Assembly: GCF_021028975.2 (NCBI RefSeq)
Contig: NC_059436.1
Span: 22,382,001-22,446,000, forward strand
Length of the DNA: 64,000 nt
Direction of reading: 5' to 3'
DNA from: Sphaerodactylus townsendi
Lineage: Eukaryota
Under the pieces are notes generated by a model. It did no database searches, was not told where the DNA came from, and was given only the letters and a program-made list of their open reading frames with translations. Both the position numbers and the translations under genes were made by a program. Below are positions 13,010 to 26,472 of this stretch, piece by piece; positions within the stretch are counted from its first letter, which is position 1; each line of letters opens with the position of its first letter.

Positions 13010-13739
13010 GTCTGAGTTATTTGTTTCAGAGCATAGGTGTGTGGGTCCGCAGGAGAACAGTTAGATTAAAGTCCAGGACCTCCTTAGAGAACTAATAAAG
13101 GGAGCTTTGGCTGCTGAAAGCTCATTCCTCAAAAATCTTGTGGGTCTCTATGGGTCTACTGATCTCAAATCTATTTGTTCTGGGCTATCAGGGCTGCTAT
13201 GACACACAGTGTACTGGACAGAATAACTGTTATACGTTTACAAAGAGAAACTGAAGAAATTGTTTTTATTGGAAACTACTGCATCCTTACAACACATTCA
13301 TACTGGCACAAGTTCCAAGATGTGGCATGCTATACCTAAATGGTGGTATGTTGTTTCTTCCTTGGAATTCAACTTTACCAACTGGGGCAAAGGATAGCTC
13401 ACTTTCAGGTTTTCCAGCAAAACACATTTTTCATGAATCCCCTGAAGCTACTTGTATTTTAAAGCTGGTTATTTACCATTTGAAAAAGAAATCCCATTCT
13501 GCATACAAAAGAACAAAGCAGCTGATTTCCATGATATCAAGTTGTTTGGGCAAGGTTTTTTCCCCCATTTATTAAATGTCACAGAGGCAAGATGTTGCTC
13601 TTGGTGATCCCGTTCAACATCTCCTAGTAGTGGCTGGTGACGTTCCCAGAACGGGTAGACCTCCGGCACTAAGGTAGGTCTTCTCACCAAGCAGGACTTC
13701 AGATGTTGCAGGGCGGTATTAAATCTGTTGATCCAAACA

Positions 13740-14725
13740 TCAATGTCCTCCTTTCTGTACTATCTGCGCAAAGCGATTGGTGACAGACAGTGTTGCGTCT
13801 ATGAAGCGGTCGACGCAGTTGGCCAGGCAAGTTTCAGTTCTGGAGTCCAGTTTGTTGCCTGTTTTGTCAACACATTTGTCCCAGCAGACTTCCATGAAAT
13901 TGTGGACCTAGAGAAAAATTTCGGGAAAGGGACACAAATATCTTTTGTCAGCAGCATCCTTTTAATAGTAATCAAAATTAGAAGAAAGACTGACAAGCAG
14001 TGTGGTGAGAAGTGGCTGATGTGAGTCTTCTGGGCTGTGGGGCCAGGGTCTTTTGGTTTTAGCTTGTAATGTTTCACCTGCATCTGTGGCTGGCATCTTC
14101 AGAGGCATGTCACGGAGGGTTTCTTCCTGTGGCATATCTTACCATGACGTAGCTCCAAAGATGACAACCACAGATGCGAATGAAACCTCAGGAGTGAAAA
14201 CCACAAGGTCCACGGCCACACAGCCTGGAAAATTCACAACACCCAGTTGATTCTAACCACGAAAGCCTTCGATAATACATCTGTGAGAAGCGTTTGATGC
14301 TGAGCGGTTCCAGAGATGAAGGTTTAGGGACCGACCCCGCTTCGCTTCCCAGTCCAAAGGAGGTAAGGTTCTCCCCCTTCCTCGCCCCCACCCCCCAAAA
14401 CAGTTCCTGTCGTTTCTTCCAGGGTGAGTCCGAGCCGACTTCTTAGGCTGCGATGGGAAGGCCATGAGAGCTAGCAGTTGAAAGAGCGTCGTATCTGGGA
14501 GACCCAGGTTCGAATCCCTGTTCTGCCGGTCGCTGGGTGACCTCAGGCCAATCCCACGCTCTAACCCCGCCCTACCTAACAGGGCTGTTGTGAGGATAAA
14601 GCTTAGGAGACTGAGTGCGGGAAGAGAGCCTGTCGTACCTGGGCGGTGAATCGGGCCCGCTGCTCCTCGGCCGCCACCAGGCGCTGCAGCTCCGCCGCTT
14701 CGGCCTCCCCGCCCGGCTCCGCCAT
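13740..14725 (-). CDS. TIMM8B: Mitochondrial import inner membrane translocase subunit Tim8 B (84 aa), 2 exons
   Basis: Exons 14725-14639 and 13907-13740. MAEPGGEAEAAELQRLVAAEEQRARFTAQ-VHNFMEVCWDKC...ETCLANCVDRFID...VQKGGH*; twin CX3C motif. Minus-strand AATAAA at 13568-13573 and 13265-13270. Confidence 0.97.
14020..14280. mobile_element. Penelope-like pLTR fold-back element (degenerate), TIMM8B intron
   Basis: Inverted arms containing GGCATCTTCAGAGG; end motif GAAAGCCTTCGA.AATACA. Confidence 0.75.
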
Positions 14726-14889
14726 TCCGGGCCTCCACGTCCTTCCTCGGAGCTTCCGGGGACCACGCTGAGGTGTCAAGGCCTTCTCTAGGAACAGACC
14801 GGAAGCACTCGCTGACCCGGTCATGGTTGCTTCCGGGAGGCCGCGTGACCTTGGGAAGATTGCCCCGCCCTTCGGCCCAGAGCGGCAGG
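14726..14889. promoter_or_regulatory. Compact bidirectional promoter TIMM8B/SDHD
   Basis: 164 nt between divergent ATGs. ETS/GABP sites at 14753-14759, 14799-14805 and 14830-14836; ERR-type half-site TGACCTTG at 14846-14853. Confidence 0.85.
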
Positions 14890-17800
14890 ATGGCGGTGGC
14901 GTTGCGGCTGGCGGGGCTGGGGAGACCCGGCAGACGGGGTGAGTGGCGGGGCATTGTGACCCGCATACACCCCTGCAGGGTGGGACGGGGGAGGGTTTAT
15001 GGCAGGTCTGTGACCCTTCTCCTTCCCCTTAGCATCCGAAGAACTCAGAGAGGGTGAAAAGGAGGAGGGGCTGTGAGTCACATACACATGCTTACAACCC
15101 TGCAAGGTGGGACGGGAAGTCATCTTCGCACCGGAGGAGGGTTTATGGCGGGTGTACGACTCCTCTCCTTCCCATTAGCATCAGAAGAACTCCAGGAGAG
15201 GGTGAAAGAGGAGGCGGGGGATTGTGAGTCACATATACCCCTGCCAGGTGGGACACCCTCTGCTGGAGTTCTTCCGATGCTGATGGGAAGGAGAAGAGTC
15301 ACAGACCCGCAATAACACCCCCCCCACACACACACACAGAGATATGTGTTAACTGAGGTTTTCCTGTGTTTATTGAATTATAAGTTGTTTCTAATTCAAA
15401 CCACTTAAACATGGAAGCCTAGGGACTTCTATTTTGTGTTTCCTGTGAGGGGGTCCTAAGATGACGCTGCTGCACACTTTCTCATTCCTGGTGCATATGT
15501 GAGATGGAAGATATTGGGATCCATATCTGGATGATATCTCTATTAGATGAGACTTTACACTTTTTTTGTTCCTTATGGCCTCATGTGTTTGCTTCCAAAG
15601 TCCTATCTGTCAGCTTGATAAGTGGTGGTACTTACTGGCTCATAACTGTGTTGGCTGGAATTGGGAAATCCACGTGGTGCTGTTCTGTGAGTGAAATGCC
15701 TGTGTTCTGTATACAGTTCTCCTGAATAAGACTCTTCTGACCAGATCAGTCATCGCGTGCCCTGCAATTGAGGAACGCTATTCTCTGGCATGCAGAATCC
15801 ACACATCCCCCAGGAGTTTAGGTAAGTGTCTCAGGTTTATCTCATTACCTTCATTTGCACGACTGTACCCATCCGCTGGAGTTGCCAGAATTGTTCCTAC
15901 GTGTGTTGTGTCAGGATCAGTGCAAGATGTCATGGCTGGTTTCTGAACCGCAGTAAGATTGAGAGCAGACTTAATGCTTTTGTTGGTAATGGGTTGTAGC
16001 CTTAGGAACAAGCAGCCTTCCTCCAAAATCTGTTTGTTGGCAGAACATGTCAAACAAAAACACTCCGATCAGATGAAATAAAGCTGTAAGAGCTGTTTCA
16101 ATGTAATATTTTGAGAATATTTGCTTTTTAAAGGCTTTTTCTGTTATTTGTGGAAGACTGCTTGATTTGGTAACGTATTAGTCTTTAGATGTCTTACACT
16201 GTATCAGTCTCTTGGTCCATCCAGGTCAGTATTGTCCACTCAGAATGGCAGCCAGCATGGTGCAATGGTTAAGCGTGGCAGACTCTAATCTAGAGAACCG
16301 GGTTTGATTCCCCACTCCTCCACATGTGTGGCGGACTCTGATCTGGGGAACTGGATTTGTTTCCCTGCTCCTCCACATGAAGCCTGCTGGGTGACCTTGG
16401 GCCAGTTCTCTCCAAACTCTCTCAGCCCCACCTGCCTCACAAGGTGGCTGCTGTGGGGAAGGGAAGGCGAGATTGTAAGTGGCTTTGAGACTCCTTACAG
16501 TTGAAAAGCACGGTATAAATCCAAACGCTTCTTCTCTTCTTCAGCGTCTCTCTAGTCTCATGCTGAGATCTTTCATGCCAGACCTTCTGTCTGCCCATCA
16601 GGTGTTCTACCACTGAGCCACACCCCCTCCCGAATAAAATACTGTCGCCACCCCCATCACAAAGCTAGATTTCTGGTCCTCCTGGATGATTGCAGAGGAA
16701 TGTTTTGAGAACGTATAGCCAGGTGGCATGTTGAAGAAAGAAGGGTGGCTTTGCAAAGTTCCAGTTGATAGCAAGTTCATGTTTCTTGCAGCTCTGTCAT
16801 TGCGACAGTGGCCCACAACCCCATCAAATCTCCACTGGTTCCTTTTTTCTGAATTAATGAAGTTGTGGTCAAGCTCAGGGCACTGAGTGACATTCAAATT
16901 TTGTCTGCTGTATAGAGGGAGCTCCATTTTTCTTGACTTGGAAAAGTAGCAGCGTATGGATGTTTTTATTTTCCATGTGGTGGCCTCCATTGGTGTAGTC
17001 CACAGGAAGTGATGAATCATAACGACCCCAACTGGTTTGGAAAGGGCTTTGCAGTCTGATCTGTTTGTGTTTAAATGCTGTAAAATGCACTGGAGTTGCA
17101 GGAGTTTTGAAGCATCCTTCAGAGATCGCTGGTTTGTTTTGTGCTTTTCTTGGGATTCTCTGGGGTGTCTGCTAAGTAGTCAACCATTTCTCTATTCCTG
17201 GTTCCAGTGGTTGTTTGTCATTGACTCTCACACTCCCCCCCCCCTTCCAAATGCATGTCGTGGCAAAAAGACCTCTGGGTGTCTGGTGATATGTTGGGGC
17301 TCTCCTCCTGAACCGTGTAACTTAGCGCTGCTTAACATTTTTGGATTTGAAAACCGTCTTCTAAATATGTTGGGTTCTACTCCACGTTTTGAAGAAAACA
17401 TTGAATGTGTAGCAATTGGAAAATTTGCCCACAGCACACCTTTGAGCCTTTCCCTTTGTGCATAAATGCTCTGTTCCTCTTCACTGATGAACACCTGCTT
17501 CTAGTTGCTGGCTAAAACCTTGCTGGTGGTGGGGCTGTGAAACTGTAGAGGCTCTGTGCTTATCCTGCAGTGCAAATCCTATTACTTAAATAGGATTGAG
17601 TGAAAATACTCTAAATGTGCAGATTGTGACCGTATGCCTGCTGCAGCCTGGAACTGAGCTGGGGAGTTTTCTGTCATGCCGTGTTTCTTTTCTCCAACGG
17701 GTGTTCTGTGTCTTTAGTTGTGGTGTTTGCCCTCTCCTTGTGTCCTTAGGGATGCGCTCCAGAATGACAGAACCGGGTTCACAACTTCATCCTTGGAAGT

Positions 17801-20800
17801 CTTGCCTTTATTGGTTATGGTGGGTTTTCCGGGCTGTGTGGCCATGGTCTGATAGATCTTGTTCCTAACGTTTTGCCTGCATCTGTGGCTGCCATCTTCA
17901 GAGGTGTATCACTGAGAAAAGTTTGTTTCACACTGTGAATACACCTCTGAAGATGCCAGCCACAGATGCAGACGAAACGTTAGGAACAAGATCTACCAGA
18001 CCACAGCCACACAGCCCGGAAAACCCACCACAACCAGTTAAATCTGGCCGTGAAAGCCTTCAACAATATCTTGCCTTTATGTTTTTTTTTAAAAATGTAA
18101 AGAGAACAGCAACAACAATAAAAAGCATCACTATTTCATAGCTAAGAGCGGTTGTACTTTTTTTAAAAAAGCAAGTTTCTAGTCCTTTGGGCTCTGGACA
18201 TTTGCTTGGGCAAAGACAGGCCTTATTTGTTTATTTATTTATTCATTCAAAGTGTACATCTGGCACCTTTCCACACAACTTAAGGCCACCATGGTGGCAA
18301 ACATCTAACATTCAAACACTTCAAGCGTTTCAAACATTAAACCTTTTGTGTGCAAGAGCTTCAGCGTTCAATGAGTGGCGCTCGTGTGCCCTTTCGGGAC
18401 TTCCCTCCCCTTCCTTCCAAGCTGCAGTCCCAATCCTGTGCCAAGACACCCTCTGCTGCCCCACATTTCCTTCTACCATCATCCTTCTCCGAAAAGAAAA
18501 GGTACGCAAATGTCCACTGTTTGGTTTAGAAAATAATGTCTGGCAATTATTGGTGTTCAAATTTACAAAATGGAATTGACCTCTGTGATTTGGGCATTTA
18601 ATTTAAGGGGCAGGGGTGGGGGGGGAATGATACTTCTTTGTGCCACTGAAGTGCCCATCCAATGTCTGTCCCTCACTACTCATTCACATCTCAATCAGAT
18701 CAGCGGAAATTGCTTCTACCCATCAGTGCTGCATGGGTAGCTGGGTGCCTCCTGTTTGGCACTGGGCACTAATAGAATTATTTCCTGCTCCTTTTTGAGA
18801 CCCATTTATGGTCTAGCAGCTCCCTTACTTTGTAAGTCTGCCTGGCCACTGACCTAAAGGACCCTGGAACTCTCATTATTTGTGTTTAGACATTCACTTG
18901 GGGAGACGTGAAGAATATTTGGTCCTCAATGTGGGAAATACTCTCTGCATTACATGCTGGGAATTCCTGATTGCTGGAGGGACAGAGACTTGATGGTACT
19001 TCTTGGCGGCTTCCCACATTTTCAAATTTGACCCTTTAGCAACACTCAAGAAGCCAAAGCCGGCCATTATTGGAGAGTAACAGCACATTTCTCTTTGTAG
19101 CAGGTTCCAAGGCAGCCTCTCTGCACTGGACAGCCGAGCGAGCGGTCAGCGCCTTCTTGTTCGGGCTTCTCCCTGCAGCCTACCTGTACCCGGGACCTGC
19201 TGTGGACTACTCGCTGGCTGCAGCTCTCACACTCCATGGCCACTGGTAAGCAAAAAAAAACAGTCAGAAAGGGAGGCAGGTCTTCCTGACAGCGAAGGCC
19301 TGTTGCTAGGGAGTTCATTGTTGGTTAATGTCTTTAAAAAACCCAAAACTATTTAATAGCAATGTTTTACAGGAAAAAGGAGGTAGAACTTAATATCTTG
19401 GGTGCTGTGTGGTTTCCGGGCTGTATGGCTGTGTTCTAGCAGCATTCTCTCCTGACGTTTCGCCTGCATCTGTGGCTGGCATCTTCAGAGGAGAAGATGC
19501 CAGCCACACGAACATCTGGCCAGCTGAAGAATGCTAGAATTACAACCACACAGCACCCAAGTGATTCCGGCTGTGAAAGCCTTCGACAATACATAGAACT
19601 TAATATCGCCAGAAGAATCCTGAATAAATAATGACCAAGACAAAACAAACAAAAAGGGAGCTGGCTAATAGAATTACTGTTAAACAGTAATTGATTTATA
19701 CCAATAAGAATATTTTTTTAATCCTCTCCAGCTTTTTGTGCTTGTACCCTGGAAATCTTGTTTGTCTCCAAGGTGTTTCTGGCCTCAAATCCAGCTGTTC
19801 CAACACAGCTACCCTCTGAAACGATCTTCTTAAAAGGATAATTCTCTTTTCTGGGTTGATGCTTTAGTTTGACACTAGGGAGCAGTGTGGAACTTAATGA
19901 AAACCCATTTGGTCCTTAAGTGTTTTAGTGTTTTAATACATTTGCGTGCCCTCAAGGCAGATAGCAATCAAACTTAACAGTATAACATACCAGAGTGGAA
20001 AATATCATAGATCTGCAGTAAAATAAAACTAATTATGACCATCCTAAGAACAGAGCAATGAAAAAATAATGGCACTTTGCAGGCAGGCAAAACCAGGCTG
20101 CAGAACAGCAGAGATTGAGTATCCCCCACAGAGGAGGTGGGGTGCCATCACCAAAAAGGCTATTTCCCTCATAACCATCTGCCTCATTTCAGACAGTGTA
20201 CAGGGGCCTGTGCCTTCTGGGTAGAATCAGGGGAATTTTATTTATTGTGTTGATAGTTTGATGCTCAGCTCAGGGCAGCTTACAACAGAAATTCACAATT
20301 AAGATGAACTATCAGTTCCCACAGTATATTGTTCAGTGGTGCCATAAAATCAATTCCTAATTAAGGGGGAGTGAATTAAAGGAAATAGGAAAAACACAGA
20401 AAGGGAAAGGACGAGACGAAAAGAGGAGAAGGAAAGAGGGGAAGGGGAAAGGAAAAGGGAAGGGAAGTAGGAGGAGGCCATGGTTGAAGGCAGCCATAGA
20501 TCTTTCAAGCCAGGGACCACCTGAAAGTTGTTACCCATGGGGCAAGGTGCTCTCCTGGGGATGTATTTGGAGAGGCAGTCCTGTCAGTAAAAGGGCTCCA
20601 GTCTGTTCCAGATTTTGAAGTTAGCATTCCTTGAAGTGTCCTGGCCCCAGATTATCTACAGCTTTATAAGTCAAAGCCAACATTGGGCCTGGAATCCAGC
20701 AGATAGCTTGTGTTGGACTTCTGCTTCGGGACTGGTGCTCCTGTCTGGACCCTACAAATTTGTGTGGGAAAAGATGTCCGCAGCCATCTGAACTGAGGGA

Positions 20801-23800
20801 AGTAAATCTAGAGCAGATTTTCAACCATCAGCAGTGCTTCTGCTCTAGTAGTTCTTATGTTTGTCTTGTTAATCCTGGATCAGATTAACTACATGGACAA
20901 TAGTAACAAGTCCTTGTTGAGGCTCTGCATTCTCACATTTAGCACTAGGCAACTATGACCCTTAATTGGGCTGTGAATTGAGCATTCTTTGAACCAAACT
21001 TTTTAAAAAGAAGGTTTCTGGCCCTTACGACAGGCTGGAAAATGGAAGCCTCCAAGGACAGTGCGATTGGATCGGCTAGGGAAGAAAGGACTAAGGAAAG
21101 CTGATTGTGTTAAGGCTGAGTAGCTTTTGCATATGTATAGTGTACAGGTGTTGCTAGTGTACAGGCGTGTCTTCTCCAGGGCTGGGCTTTTGTTACCCAG
21201 ATGGCAACTGGAAGCCTCAGGAAGGATATAGCTAGCTGCTATGCATATTGACTGGGAGTGGCGAAAGCATGTTCAGTTGGAGCCTCTCTCTTGGTATCAA
21301 AGTTCAGAATTAAGACTTGCCATCCATTTTAGTCTGAACTGTCTAAGACACCACTAGAGGTGACTGGTGGGGCATAATTCAAAGAACAAACACCCTCCCC
21401 GCCCACCCCCCAGTCTTGCCACGGGCTTGCCTGCCGACAGCAGAGCTAAAGCGCCCCACAACACAGAAAATTTGCATTCTCCAGGCCTCTCTTTCTAGCA
21501 TAGTGGGTGTCAAAAGTTTTCTAATGTGACATTAAACCGTTATATGGCACATTTCAAGGTGAAATTTGAAGTGGGGATTTCCCTGCTTCTGCTTGAGGCC
21601 ACATCTTCTCCCCTGCTTGCGATGACTTCATCTTGTGTGAGGATCCGGGAAACCCCTGTTCCTCCCCTGCCTCTCTCTCACCGTCTGGCTCAGCAGGTCT
21701 CACGGGAGCTCTTCAGACAGCTGCTAGAAATGTCTTGGTATGCTGGCCCTCTGAGCTTGTAGTGGGAAACAGCAGCAGTTGATTTCTTGAAGAAGGCTGT
21801 GCAGTTGTGTGTTAGGAGACAGAGAAGCCATTCCCCCAAGAATGCCCTTGCAGAAGTCAAAAGAGGTGTCAAAGTCCCCCGGCAAAAAGTGGTTCAGTCC
21901 GGGTGGGGCTCTGTTCCTGCTGCTGTGAGGCAACCAGAATCAACATTTTGAAGTATTTGAGGTGGGGCAAGGCTGCGTTGCCTTTCTATCCCCCCCCCAA
22001 ATCTCACTCAGAAGAGGGGCTCGAGTGTACCTCATCCAACACATTGCTCATGGCAACCCCAATGCGCTATGCAGGGGCGTTTCTGCCTGGAGACATGGGG
22101 TAACCCATGTCCCCAGGCGCAACTAATCTGGTTACATCGGGGGCGCAAAATCAGCCCCCATGTGACCAGATGGTCGTCGGCCCCTGCAAAGTCCTGCCCC
22201 CCGCGTAGCCCTGATGTGGTGGGGTACGCAGGGGCAGGGGGGCACCCGGAGGAGGTTTGTCCCCGGCGCCATTTCCACCCCATGCACCTCTGCTGCTATG
22301 CTTACTTGAGCAGAGTGATAGCGTGTGTGTGTTTCTTTTGGGGTTGTTATTCTGTAGAATCAGCTCTTCATGATATGTTTTGTGCTCCATTCACAGTTTT
22401 GTTCAAATCAACTTTCTTCATCTTCACAGTCTTTTGGTAATGATGTTCACCTTCTACAGTCTTGTGCAGTTGGCATTTTAAAGGTCCAGGCTTATGCCTA
22501 GGACTTTTTGCTAAAGGTCCAGTTCTGGAGGATCCAAGAAGCCCTCTGGTAATCACTGTGGATTCCTGGGGAATCTTCTTTTGCATCCTCCACATCTGCT
22601 CTCAGCTGCATTTTGGCCTCCAGCAGACACGGCCCAAACCACTTTGTTGCATCTGTGGTTTCTAGACTCACACACCACTTCCTCCAGCTGCCCTTGTGTA
22701 ACTTCCTGATCTTTTGCTGTTCATGGCTCCCGTGTTGCTGTTTCTTCATCCTCTGAATTGTGATGCCGGCAGGTTGTGTTTTTTTGTTTCCTAGCAAGCC
22801 AGGGACTTTTCCCACCCAAGGCAGGAATCAGGCTGTTGAAGAAACTGGTGACAAATGAGTCAGAACTCCCCAGCTGGTTTCACGATTGACTTGGTAGACA
22901 AAGGACCACCAGAACTGATTATTTGAATCTGAGAGGCAGCTCAGCCTCTGCCTGCCTTGTCACCCCAGATTCCCCCTGTTATTGAATGCCAAACAGTTTT
23001 CAGGGTGAAATGTACAGGATTTCTTGGCATTCACTCACTTCCACTCCTGTTCCAGAGCCCAGAAAGAGTTTCCGTATGTGATTTCTCAGTGGTGTCTAAC
23101 TTTAGGTGATTGAAACCGGTAGTCATGTGCTTGGGAGTGGTGGGGCTATCCCCCACCCCCCACCGTAGTCTGTTTGGACATTCAACTGCATTTACTCTGT
23201 CTTGTGTCAACCCATACTGACCCCCCCGGCATCCTTTGTTCTTTTGTTTTTCCATCTCTGGTATAGCTGACTCTCAAAGAGGCCCAAACTGGCAGGCCTT
23301 TAAACTTTGGAGAGCCACCGTGGTGTAGTGATTAGAGTACACAGGTTCGAATCCCCACTCTTGCTACAAATGTTTGCTAAGTGACCTCGAGCAGTTAGTG
23401 GTCAGACTTCTCCTTACAATCCTTAGGGGCAGTTATAAGGGTTATAACACCCTTCGACAAGGATATGTGTGGTCCCACATGGCAACATCAGAGAGAAATT
23501 GAGTTTACCTCACGGCTAAAGAGGGCTGATGCTAACCCCAGACCCCCCCACTCCACACTTTTTATGGCATACATGGCTATATATCTCCTATTATACTATA
23601 TAATAGTGATAGCGAACCTTTTTGAGACAGAGTGCCCAAATTGCAACCCCAAATCAAGTTATTTATCGCAAAGTGCCAATGCATCAATTTAACCTGAATA
23701 CTGAGGTTTTAGTTTAGAAAAAAACAGTTGGCTCCAAGGCATGGTAACTCAGCTTGGTGGTAGTCAGTGGCTTTGCTTTAAAGCAACCGTGCAACTCTTC

Positions 23801-25904
23801 CAACGGGTGAATCATGACCCTAGGAGGGTTTACTCAGAAGCAAGCCCCATTGCCAGCAACTGAGCTTACTCCCAGGTAAAGGATCGCGCTGTAGTTCTTC
23901 GCATGAAAATCAGTGGGGTTTAACAGCGTTTAACAGGGTTACCTACACTGCTTCCCCAAAACTAGGTCTTAGGTTTAATGCCCAGCGACCCAGGCCAGCC
24001 TAGATGTGTGTGGGTGGGGGGACTCCAATTGTGCGTGCCCACAGAGAGGGCTCTGAGTGCCACCTCTGGCACCCGTCCCATAGGTTCGCCACCACTTCTG
24101 TATAACAACCTCATCAATATTGATAAGTCTTTCCTATAAGGTATTTTCCCATATGTAGAATTACTGACACCCCCTGATAAATACCTGTCTTTTACTGTAG
24201 AAGACCATCTGCAGTTTTCCCAGGGAAAGTTTCACTCAGCTGCGCAACGTGTCTTTTATCAAGGTTAAAGACACTGGCCAGCATTTCTGAATAACAAACA
24301 ATTGAGAGAATGTCTTGTTTTCATGAAGACACTCAGCTACTGTTCTCATCAGAACTAGGCATCATTCAGCATCGCTTAGACTAGGGGTGGCCAACCTATG
24401 GTGCTCCAGAAGTTCATGGACTACAATTCCCATCAGCCCCTGCCCTATATCTTTTCCAAACCCCATTCAATACTTAGATTCTGTATGAATGAATCACTCT
24501 AAGATTTATTGTACTAATTTTTATTCTTCTTCTGAGATTCAATAAAACTTCTCTTTACTGTCAAAATAGTTTTCATTATTTTAGACTCCTATAGATGTTT
24601 AGACTCCTATAGAAGGATCCTCGTAAACGGTGGTGGAGAAATATTGCTGCTCCCCACCTCTTGCATGAGTTAAATTTCCCCAGAATTATTTACTTGGTTG
24701 CAGACCACTAATTTGGGTAGCAGAGTCTGTCATACGCTTCCAACTTCAGCTACCTTGCAGGGTTGTTGTAAGGATAAAACAGAGAAGGAAGATGGTGCAT
24801 ACTTTCCTGAGCCCCTGGGAGGGTGGGCAGGATAAAACTGTGTGCTGGAGGGAGAGGGAATTGGCAGCTTGTGGCAATGTGAGAAATCCAGTGTGTTGTA
24901 ATGGTTAGGATGTTGAACTAGAATCAAGGAGACTCATGTTCAACCCCTGCTCTACCAAGGAAGCTGACTGGGTGTCCCCAGTTCAGATATGCTGCCTAGC
25001 CTACATCACAGGGCTGTTGTGAGGATAAAATGGGGCAGAAGAGATGAATGAAAGCCACTCTGGGTCCTCATTGGAGCGAAAGGTGGCAAACAAATGAAGT
25101 AAATAAATAAATTGTGTGTTGTCGAAGGCTTTCACTGCCGAACTCAACTGGTTGTGGTGGGTTTTCTGGGCTGTGTGGCCGTGGTCTGGTAGATCTTGTT
25201 CCTAACGTTTCGCCTGCATCATCTGCCAGCCACAGGCGCAGGCAAAACATTAGGAATAAGATCTACCAGACCACGGCCACACAGCCCGGAAAGCCCACCA
25301 CAACCAAATAAACTGTGCTTGGCAACATCTGAATATTCGGCACCTTCCCCAAGCCGCTGTGTGCATGCATTCCTGCTGCATCCGTGAGAGCCCCGGGCGC
25401 TCTCATCCTTTTTTCTTCCTCTGGGGATAAGATCTACCCCTTTAAGGAAAATTTCCTGGGTTGAAGTTTATCCCCCGGGGGAACCTTAGCACACTTCTGA
25501 CAGCTTCCCCAGAGAACAATCATGGTTCTGAATGTAGAAAAGGAACAGGATTCTTCTCTGTAAGCAGTCTACACCTTCTTCAGCCACGCGGAAGTCATAA
25601 AAGGTTGATGTTTGATCAGTCCAGAGTTCCTATGGAAACTGTCCTTGAGAAGTTTAGGAGGACGGGTGGGGCTGATCTGGAGGGTATTTGTAGTTTGTCT
25701 TTTTCAACCTGCTGCTTCTCTTCCTGTCCCCACTGCAGGGGCCTCGGCCAGGTCGTGACTGACTACGTCCACGGAGAGACGTCCTTCAAACTGGCCAGTG
25801 CTGGGCTCTATCTGCTCTCCGCTGCCACCTTTGCTGGCCTCTGCTACTTCAACTACCACGATGTGGGCATCTGCAAGGCCGTGGCCATGGTGTGGAGACT
25901 CTGA
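14890..25904 (+). CDS. SDHD: Succinate dehydrogenase cytochrome b small subunit (154 aa), 4 exons
   Basis: Exons 14890-14938, 15717-15821, 19101-19245, 25739-25904 (465 nt). [13 protein letters not shown]...[26 protein letters not shown]...[24 protein letters not shown] at 26336-26341. Confidence 0.96.
16250..16545 (+). mobile_element. tRNA-derived SINE (Squam3-like)
   Basis: Head, body and CTT tail. Confidence 0.8.
17811..18068. mobile_element. Penelope-like pLTR fold-back element with hammerhead core
   Basis: Inverted arms; plus-strand CTGAAGA (17947-17953)...GAAAC GTT (17974-17981). Confidence 0.82.
19398..19593. mobile_element. Penelope-like pLTR fold-back element with hammerhead core
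   Basis: 14-bp TSD TAGAACTTAATATC (19384-19397 / 19594-19607); intact minus-strand core at 19488-19454. Confidence 0.85.
23604..24097. mobile_element. ~500-bp non-autonomous hAT transposon
   Basis: TIR ~CAGTGRTGGCGAACC; 8-bp TSD CTATATAA / CTGTATAA. Confidence 0.85.
25113..25306. mobile_element. Penelope-like pLTR fold-back element (core deleted at the fold)
   Basis: Inverted arms, same subfamily as 17811-18068, opposite orientation. Confidence 0.8.
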
Positions 25905-26472
25905 GATGCGACGCCCGCTGCCGGCAAAAGACCACGATTGTCCACCGCTGCCTCGGCTGTGTCGTTTTATCACCAGGTCATTGAATAAGGGAAAGATGAT
26001 TCCAAAGCTTCTAGCTTTACAAACAAGAATGCTTTGGAGAGAGAGGCTTCCAGATGTGGATTAACAGCTGGAGCTGCTCCCCATAAAAGTGGGGAAGGGT
26101 GCGCTGCTGGCATTGGGGTGGTAAAGCCAACAGTTCCGCCTCTCCACAGCTCATCTTTCCCTGTGCAATGGCAACCTGATTTTGATCTTTTTGGTCTCAT
26201 ACTTTGGTTCTCAAGTTGTAATTAGTCAATTGTGTACACGGCATGATGCCCTGGGTTCAGACGCTGGCCCTAAACAATCGCTGTGCAAAAGGGAAGCCTT
26301 TTTGATTGCTTGTTCATTTGTTTCAAACTGTATACAATAAAGAGTTTACACAACAGCACCCCGAAGTGTTTGTTTCAGAAATATATTTTGAACCTCCTTA
26401 GCTTTTTGTCATAAAGCCTATTCTCTTCCAAAAGAGCCAGTGTGCTATAGCAAATAGAGTGTTGGTCTGTAA

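Noticed and set aside
14253-14966. 237-aa minus-strand ORF
   Set aside because: Crosses the TIMM8B/SDHD promoter, a SINE and a Penelope end; not in the TIMM8B frame.
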